64,000 nucleotides of DNA from Octopus vulgaris (taxonomy: Eukaryota): positions 164,982,001 to 165,046,000 of the forward strand of contig OX597817.1 of NCBI GenBank assembly GCA_951406725.2, given 5' to 3'. Below, in pieces: positions 55,510 through 64,000 of this stretch. Below the pieces are notes generated by a model, which saw nothing but the letters and a program-made list of their open reading frames with translations, was not told the DNA's origin and made no database searches. A program made the translations under genes and the position numbers. How positions within the stretch are numbered: the first letter of the stretch is position 1; each line of letters opens with the position of its first letter.

Positions 55510-56185
55510 CGGCTCTCTTGAGAAGCGCCTATCGCGCTGCCATGACATTGTCCCCAACACAAAGATAAAGGTGTACAGCGTCACAGTGTCTCCTCTATGT
55601 TACATAATGGATGGCGATCTACTGCAGACACATCAAGGTCCTTGCATGAGTTCAACTTCGTTATCTGCGTTCCATCTTGCATATCCGGTGACAGGATCGC
55701 ATTCATGATGTATAGATCCTGCGCCGTGCTGGCACAGTTAATGTGTGGAGACCCCGATTACCCTATCGCAGCTGCGCTGGGCGGGATGTGTTTGCAGGAT
55801 GAAGGACGGCAGGCTTCCAAAAGCAGTTTTCTATGCTGAACCGCATCAGAACAAGCGGAGCCATGGTGGCCAGAGGTTTCAATACAAGAGACACATGAAC
55901 TCCGGCATCACCCCGGACACCGGGGAGGAGAAGGCCCTGCGGAGCGACGAATAGCACCAATCAATGAAGCTCGTACTTCCAGCCATTTAGGAGAAACGAC
56001 AGAGATAATACGAAAGAGCAAATGCGACACGTAACTTCCCCAATGCATCAAGTAGCTTCACCTGCAGAAGATGACATCGCTGCTGCAGATCAAAAGCAGG
56101 CCTAGTAGCCCACATGCAAGCCTGTATGATTACTGAACAAAAGCATTCACCATCGACACACGATGGACAGTGCCGAAAATGAAGG
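55510..56185 (+). mobile_element. Decayed RTE (BovB-like) LINE 3' fragment
   Basis: Frameshifted TKIKVY..., QLRWAGCVCRMKDGRLPKAVFYAE...RSHGGQR and a terminal FTC..R.CRSKAGLVAH motif. Confidence 0.8.
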
Positions 56186-56204
56186 AGATATGTGTATATA
56201 TATA

Positions 56205-56585
56205 TATTAAGAGAAAAACCTCTATTATACAATTCAATAAAGAAAGATGTTATTCACACCATATAGAAAACATATACTACAAAAAAACCTTATTCTAAAA
56301 ATCAATAAAGTACAATAAATAGTAAATTGTAGTAAAAAGACTACGCACGTTTCGTGGCTATATTTTCAAATAGATAATACTTTTTACTACTATTTACTAT
56401 TTATTGTACTTTATTGATTTTTAGAATAAGTTTTTTTTATAGTATATGTTTTCTATATGGTGTTAATAACATCTTTCTTTATTGAATTGTTTAATACACG
56501 TTTTTTTAAATCTTAATTATATACATATATATTGTGAAATCTGATTTAAAATTATTAAATCGAATGTTTCCCTGTAAGTTTTGGA

Positions 56586-56590
<5 letters not shown>
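56205..56590. repeat. Fold-back (about 135-bp arms, about 38-nt loop) plus the same extension type
   Basis: Arms 56205-56340 / 56379-56520; extension CCCTGTAAGTTTTGGA. Confidence 0.85.
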
Positions 56591-56639
<49 letters not shown>

Positions 56640-56712
56640 CCTAGCAGCCTGAGGAGATAAACTCTATTAGGGGCTTGCGAAACTTGAAGCAGCACGGAGT
56701 CCAAATCACACA

Positions 56713-56766
<54 letters not shown>

Positions 56767-58321
56767 TATATATATATGCTTTTCTGTCTGTCAATCCGTC
56801 TATATCTACCTATCTATCTATATGTATATCGATCTAAATGTATGAAAATATATTTACGTATAAATACATATATATTTGTGTGTGAGTGTATGTGTGAGTG
56901 TGTCTGTTTTGTGTGTATGTGTGTGTGCGTGTAATGACCAACGAAATGTTTTATTTAACCAACAGCTAGTTCTTCGGGTTTTTACTCCTAATTATATATA
57001 TATTTCCTTTGCAAATGCGTATACTTATTCTATTGTGTTTCTGTTTTAACTGTAAATTCAATTTGGTGAAGTAAATATGAAAACCAAATGGTATCAATGT
57101 GGAAAGTCCTAACAGGAAATAGCTTAATCATTTGCTATTAATCATCAGATACTGAATACTACAGTCAAGACCGGATCAAATAAAGACCTTGCCGAGAGAA
57201 GAAAATATCTTGGAGGCTGTGTTAAGTTTCTTAGAGAGCAAAGAGCCGAATTAAGTCGGATGTTATTAAATATCGATGTACAGCTATTAGAGATGAGTTA
57301 CAAATTCTTTGGATGTGTTGATATATTTCGTATGAAAGACCTTGGATATTGAACGAGTAAATGAGTTCAAGCTCATGAGTTCAGAGAGTAATAAGACTAA
57401 AGGTCCAATTGGGTTAAAATGTTCTGTCGGAAGGAAGACGAGTTTCAGTCATGACTAATATGATGTGACGTAAACAAATCCTGCAAAATTTCCAATTCAG
57501 GACAAATATATGTTTTATTTCGTGTATTCGGTTTGCAAGAATCTTGTGAACACGTGTGTTGCAACAGAGTTTGTTGTATCGCAGAAGTAGAGATCGCATG
57601 TCACTGATGAAGCGGCAGGTGGCAACGAAAGGAAGGACTCTCACAAATCAAGCCGATTTATTGATTGACCGAATGATTAGACTAACAATCGGTTAGATAA
57701 CTAGTTAAATGGTTGTTTAATTGATTAACAATAATAAATGAAGTGGAACAGAATCAGCGCGAGTGATTATTATTGGCAAAACGACCCTCCCAAGATACAG
57801 CAAATATAATACATGTGTAGCACAGCTAGACTGAAACATGGGAGCTGGATTGTTTGCAAGGAACAGGTAGACAAAGGGATATATGGAGTTATGATTTGCG
57901 GTTGGGGTGGAATTTAGGATCCAGGCAGAATAGAACGGGTATTTGTTGAAAACCATTTAAATTACCCATAATATTGGGGTAATATATATACTTCAGAGAG
58001 ACCATCACCTACTTATTTCAATGTAGGAATGGATAAAATGATCACTATTCTTTAGAAGTTGGAGCCTCAAGCTAAATAAAAGAGTTATCACAAGCTTGGC
58101 AAAAGCTCGGTGAATCTAGCTGAAATGGTTGCTCAAAGTCGATAGAATAAGAATTTTATCCTTTATTTGATTCAGTCATTTAGACTGCGGCCATGGGAGT
58201 AGGGTGCACCGTCTTGAAGGGTTTAGTCGGACAAACTGAGCCCAATACTAATTTTTATATCTCTTTCTTATTTTATTGGTCTCTTTTACGGAAACGCTAT
58301 TATTACGGGTAAGTCAGCAAA

Positions 58322-58393
<72 letters not shown>

Positions 58394-58404
58394 CACACAC
58401 ATTG

Positions 58405-58745
58405 ACTGGGAGACCCCCTTCGGTCATGAATGACCATAGGATTGCACCTAGAAAGTTACCCTCCTAGACACAAGTCCGGACAAGGTTGTTTATGGAAGGC
58501 CAACAGTCGCCCATGCATATCAGTCTCTCCTCTCAACGCCACTGATGTTATCCAAGGGAAAGGCTAAGGCTGATACAGCTGGGCACCAGTGACGTCGCAA
58601 CTCATTTCTACAGCTGAGTGAACTGGAGCAGCGTGAAATAAAGTGTCTTACCCAAGAACACAACACGCAGCCTGGTCCGGGAATCGATCTCACAACCTCA
58701 CGATCGTATGCTCGACGCTGTAACCACTGAGCAATGCGCCTTCAC
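58405..58745 (-). mobile_element. Family B SINE
   Basis: Full-length similarity to 43398-43742. Confidence 0.85.
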
Positions 58746-58816
58746 ACATCCTATGGCACCGCTTTGTTTATTTCAGTCGCCTCAGATATTGCTACACAAA
58801 CACACACACACACACA

Positions 58817-58861
<45 letters not shown>

Positions 58862-59479
58862 GTATGCACACACGCACAACGAGGTTCCACACGTTCCATC
58901 TACCAAATACACTCGTAAGGAATTGGTAATCCCGGAGTTATAAGAGAACACGCTTTCTCAAGTTTCCACGCTGTGTGACTAACCCCCAAACCGCGCGGTT
59001 TTAAAGCGAGTTTCTTAACCACACAGATATGTCACCGTGCTGCTTGTAAGATCGTCGAAAGTTTCATCGATTACAGAGCTGATAGAAGCAATGAACAAAG
59101 AATGGCTAAAAATACGGATCAATCTGTCATTGATGCAAGTAATAATGGGATTCGAACCATAGACCTCTTGGAACCTCCTGGTTCTTTTCAAACGGAAAAG
59201 GCATCCTGGCTCTATTCTTTACATCCATCCCAAACAGTTATATTAAGATGCGATTAGAGACAAACAAAACGAACGTATACACACACAAACACACACACAC
59301 ACACACACAGCACACACACACACACACGCACACACAAATTCCCATGCATGCATACATCCACACACATGTTCGTGCACACGTAAACGCAAATACGCATACA
59401 TATATATATATATATATATTTATACATATACATATATATATATATACATATACATACATATATAAATACACATTTATAT

Positions 59480-59510
<31 letters not shown>

Positions 59511-59534
59511 CACGCACAGACCCTCTATCACACA

Positions 59535-59597
<63 letters not shown>

Positions 59598-59656
59598 GCG
59601 TATTTGCGTTTACGTGTGCACGAACATGTGTGTGGATGTATGCATGCATGTGAATT

Positions 59657-59725
<69 letters not shown>

Positions 59726-60455
59726 TCATACACATACACGCGCGCACACACACATAATTTGTATAGGTAGCCATGTGGTGGAGTCGGTAGGAGGCTGAGG
59801 GCGTGGGTAATTTGATACGTCATTTTGAGTGACAGAGGTTAGAGATTATTTTGATCGTTGGGGTTGATAAGTAGTAATAGTGTCTCCTGTTGGTGGGGAG
59901 TTTGTGATGTGTGGGATGCGTACACACACACATATGCACAGAGGCTCACTTCTGCACACACACACACACATACACATACACACACATACATACATACACA
60001 TACACACGTGCATGTGTGTAGGTATGCATGTATGTAAGAGCATATGACAGGGGCTAAAAGATGAACAGGGTTAGATAAGATAACATACATAGATAGGGCC
60101 TTACAGAAAAACATGGAAAAAGGGAAACAGCAAAAGAGAAGAGCTCAGAAGAAGAAAAAAAAGGAAGGAAAAGGAAAGGGTATATAGTTTGATAAAGGGA
60201 AAGCGACTGAGAGGGTAAGAGAGTGAAAGAGAGAAAGTGAAACTTAGATAACGTGTCGTTGTATATATAAAGGGAGTTAAATACATATACGTACGTACAA
60301 GCATATATATATATATATATATATATGCCAATAATATTTACACGTATATATACACACATACATACGTACATTCATTCAAGCTAATATGCATAAACATATG
60401 TATGTAATCTAATCTTTAATAAAGAATATATACCTTTACACACAACCATACATAC

Positions 60456-60512
<57 letters not shown>

Positions 60513-60722
60513 CAGGGTGGCCCAGAAGTCGCGCACCATTCTGGTTTTCATTTAAAAATAATTAAAGCATTTTATTTTATTACATTTTTTCTGCATGTTT
60601 TATTGTAGAGGGTGCTCAATTTGAGCATTTGTTATGATTAATTTCAATAAAGTGTTTTTGAAATCAATAAGAGTGTATTCTTTTAAAACACCAGAATGGT
60701 GCGCAACTTCTGGGACATCCTG
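60513..60722. mobile_element. Tc1/mariner-type MITE, 210 bp, TA target duplication
   Basis: TA|CAGGGTGGCCCAGAAGTCGCGCACCATTCTGGT ... ACCAGAATGGTGCGCAACTTCTGGGACATCCTG|TA; about 33-bp TIRs. Confidence 0.88.
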
Positions 60723-60723
60723 T

Positions 60724-60764
<41 letters not shown>

Positions 60765-60945
60765 TAATTAAGGGTTTAGCAACGATTTGCCTCACCACAC
60801 ACCGAATTTAGAAATAGCAGTCAAAAGAGTTTTGGCTATTCTTTCTACTTAAAAGGGAGATCCCAGTAAAACCACAGTACTTAAAAGGCTTGGTGAAATT
60901 AATGATTATTCCAAATTAATTAATTTCACCCTATATTATTATTGA

Positions 60946-60981
<36 letters not shown>

Positions 60982-61476
60982 CAACACACACATATATATT
61001 TACATATATATATATATATATATACATAGTCATGTGTGTATATCCATATATATATGTGTGTGTACATACAAAAAGACTGAACATTCAAGAATGGACCACA
61101 TTTGATCATATCATAGTAGTGCACAATCCGTTCAGGATTTTCTAAGGCCTAAAGAGCAACAAAGATAATAGCTTAATGAAAAAACTTGATATAAACAATC
61201 ATTGAGAAATTGTCTGGTATGACAGCGTATTCGTAGACCAGCTCTACGTATAAAATATATATTGTCAGGGATCAGCATATATGTTACAATTATTGGAATA
61301 CTTTATTATTATTCAGATGAACACTCAACTAGGTATTCTTCTTAGGGGAGCCCGGTAGTTATTCATTGAAATTTTAATTTTACAAGCTAAGGATGTTATT
61401 ACTACCAATGTTTAAAGTCAAGAATTCTGAATATAGAACTGAATTCAAGTATCAATTAAGCAAAATCAAAGTCAAT

Positions 61477-61512
<36 letters not shown>

Positions 61513-61524
61513 TTTTTTATATAT

Positions 61525-61569
<45 letters not shown>

Positions 61570-61673
61570 AATTTAGATAAATAAGGATAAGATCAATATT
61601 TAAATATCGATCTTATCAGGTGGCCAGCATGGGAATAAAAACCTTTCAAAGGTAATAATTATTTAAAATTATG

Positions 61674-61758
61674 ATTTAGGGTATCTAAGAGATACCACCA
61701 CGCTTGAAATAGTTTTGACTGCTATTTCAAGCGTGGTGGTATCTCTTAGATACCCTAA

Positions 61759-61760
<2 letters not shown>
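61674..61760. repeat. Perfect 39-bp hairpin
   Basis: ATTTAGGGTATCTAAGAGATACCACCACGCTTGAAATAG-ttttgactg-CTATTTCAAGCGTGGTGGTATCTCTTAGATACCCTAAAT. Confidence 0.9.
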
Positions 61761-61829
<69 letters not shown>

Positions 61830-61831
<2 letters not shown>

Positions 61832-62321
61832 AAAAAATAATAATAAAGCAAGAGAAAAAACAAACGTGAGGACGTAGCCCAAGCAATGTATTGTTATGAC
61901 GCTCAGAGAAGGGAGAAAATAGTTGTTTTACGTTTCGAGCATAGCGCTTCTTCGGAAACGGGGAAAACAGGAAAGTCCAAAGGGAAAGAAAGAAGTAGGT
62001 GGAAAAAAATCACCAACAGTCCACGTGCGGTTACATTTCTGTTACATACATGCATACATACATACATACATACATACATACATACATACATACATACATA
62101 CATACATACATACATGCATACATATGACCTCGTGTGTACCGTTGGCGATTTTTTCCTCTGTCTTCCCTTCTCTGGATCTTTCCTTCTCCTATGTTTCCGA
62201 CGAAAAGCTCCGCCCGAAACGTTAAACCCTCCTTCTTTCCTTCTTTCCTGAGCGTCCAATAATACTATATTTGTTCCACGTCCTCGCGTTGTTGTGTTTT
62301 TTTGTGCTTTCTTGTTTGGAT

Positions 62322-62327
<6 letters not shown>
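61830..62327. mobile_element. Divergent pair of hammerhead-bearing elements separated by (TACA)n
   Basis: Minus 61925-61959: GTTT-CCGAAGA-A-GCGC(TAT)GCTC-GAAAC-GTA-AAAC; plus 62193-62227: GTTT-CCGACGA-A-AAGC(TCC)GCCC-GAAAC-GTT-AAAC; (TA)n at both outer ends. Confidence 0.65.
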
Positions 62328-62388
<61 letters not shown>

Positions 62389-63329
62389 TGCCATGTTCGT
62401 ATCATACTTAACGTATATAAATTGGCTTTCGTCCGGAATATAATCCTTTATGGGTGTGTTTTCTTTAAGATAATCTATCTCGGGCGAAAACCGCAGTGTC
62501 TTGCCTGTCACCGATTATATACTTTATGTTTGATGCCTAGATATCAGCGGTGGAATGTGAAATGAGAACGTAAAGAGATGGATATTTTGTCCTCCGCTCT
62601 AACGAGTTTGCCAACTCAGATCTTCTATATACTTTAATAATAACATAATAATTTCTGCCCTCTCCCTCATAATGGTACACACGAGGGAAAGAGCTGGCGC
62701 AATCAATAACATTAAGCGATACATGTTTTATCAAACTTTTATGCGATTTGAAATCGGTTTCTAAATTTCATAACTAAGCACTTTGAGTCATTTGTAGAAT
62801 TTAGTTACGTCCAACAGGCTCTACATATCCTGTCACTCCACCATCCTTAATATGGGTATTATAATTATTTCTTCTTTAAGCATATCTCCATATTTTAAAG
62901 GATAAATTAGTAGTTGTGTATATTGCCCTTAGCATATAGCTCATATTTTTGAACAAAAGTTCCTGTGGGATTTGAACTATGTATCTAGAACAATGTTTCT
63001 TAATCTTTTGTCCTGTATTTTCCCAAGTTAACCAGTTTATTACTTTGCTTTCCCGCCACATGTGATTAAAATAAAAAACAAGCTTTCTCTACAACATAAT
63101 TTATTGCATAACATTAAAGTTCTTCAGTAAACTTAACGTTGCAATTCTTAAAATCAACAAAGCTGATGTAAAGAAACTAAAGCTTGTCAAAACGGTGAAG
63201 AATGAAAAAGAATTTTTCAAGTTAAAAACAATTTCGTAAAAGGAATTCCCAAATTCGCTTCTTTTTTACTAGAATTCTGCCTCAGGTTAATAATTGCAGA
63301 ACTAATCTTATAAACATAATACAAGCGGC

Positions 63330-63685
63330 CGAAATGGGATTTTTCCAGACGATCCCCGGTGCAACGTTACTCGACAGGGTGCATAACTTGGAGATCAGGG
63401 AGTTTCCCAAAGTTGAGGCGCTATTTTTGATATTGCGGGATCACAGCTCCGGTACTGATTAGGATATTGCAGGAAAGAATTGTAATATGGATTCTTGAAG
63501 CCGAAACAACTAGCAGGAGACCTATGAATTGATCAAAAACAAGATGGTTGGATATGGGTTATGATTGGGAATCCAGCCGGAAAGTGTAATGAGGGTTGCT
63601 TCTGAGAGGGCCCTATGGAAGGACTGCCTGACGACCCTTCTCCCGTGGCCCTCCCAGGAACAGTGGGTGGAGAAGAGGGCTTGAT
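63330..63685 (+). mobile_element. Decayed RTE-clade LINE 3' fragment
   Basis: ILEAETTSRRP..KTRWLD and, after a frameshift, LGIQPESVMRVASERALWKDCLTTLLPWPSQE, resembling RTE ORF C-termini. Confidence 0.65.
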
Positions 63686-64000
63686 AATACTTAGTCCGTC
63701 CTAGATTTGAAGGACACAAAGGTATACAGAACAGCAGGGTAGGTGGTGTAATATTCATGACTTTCCCAAATATGTTAAAGGTGTAACGGAAGTATTTTGG
63801 CGCCAAATGAGAAACAAAGCCAGGTCGCATGCTCTGGTTGTCTCGAAGCTTATCATTTACTTAACGATGACATGAAGACGATTATTAATCGCCCCACCCT
63901 GAAATAGTTATTTTGAATACCACATGTAGTGTGTCGGTGGAAAGTGATGCTGCTACAGCTGAACTATATATAGTGATCAGGATACAGGCGGCGAGCTGGC

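Overview
AT-rich, microsatellite-saturated eukaryotic DNA. The repeat content (several tRNA-derived SINE families, CR1/RTE/Tx1-like LINE debris, Tc1/mariner MITEs) resembles an octopus or other coleoid cephalopod genome; this is an inference, not a database result. Almost all ORFs in the supplied track are microsatellite artefacts. One convincing host exon is present on the minus strand (8759-8967): a degenerate GATA-type zinc-finger exon with GATA-like intron phases, possibly preceded by a 28-nt micro-exon (11546-11573), so much of the window may be intronic or upstream of a GATA-family gene. The most striking unannotated system is about a dozen short, non-coding, (TA)n-associated elements carrying minimal type-I hammerhead-ribozyme folds with variant cores, often as head-to-head fold-back pairs (Penelope/retrozyme-like). 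Also seen: a LINE-SINE shared 3' stem-loop with a compensatory change, SINE multimers with recurrent exact junctions suggesting self-targeted insertion, long fold-backs, and a 100-N gap at 17385-17484. All calls were made by eye.
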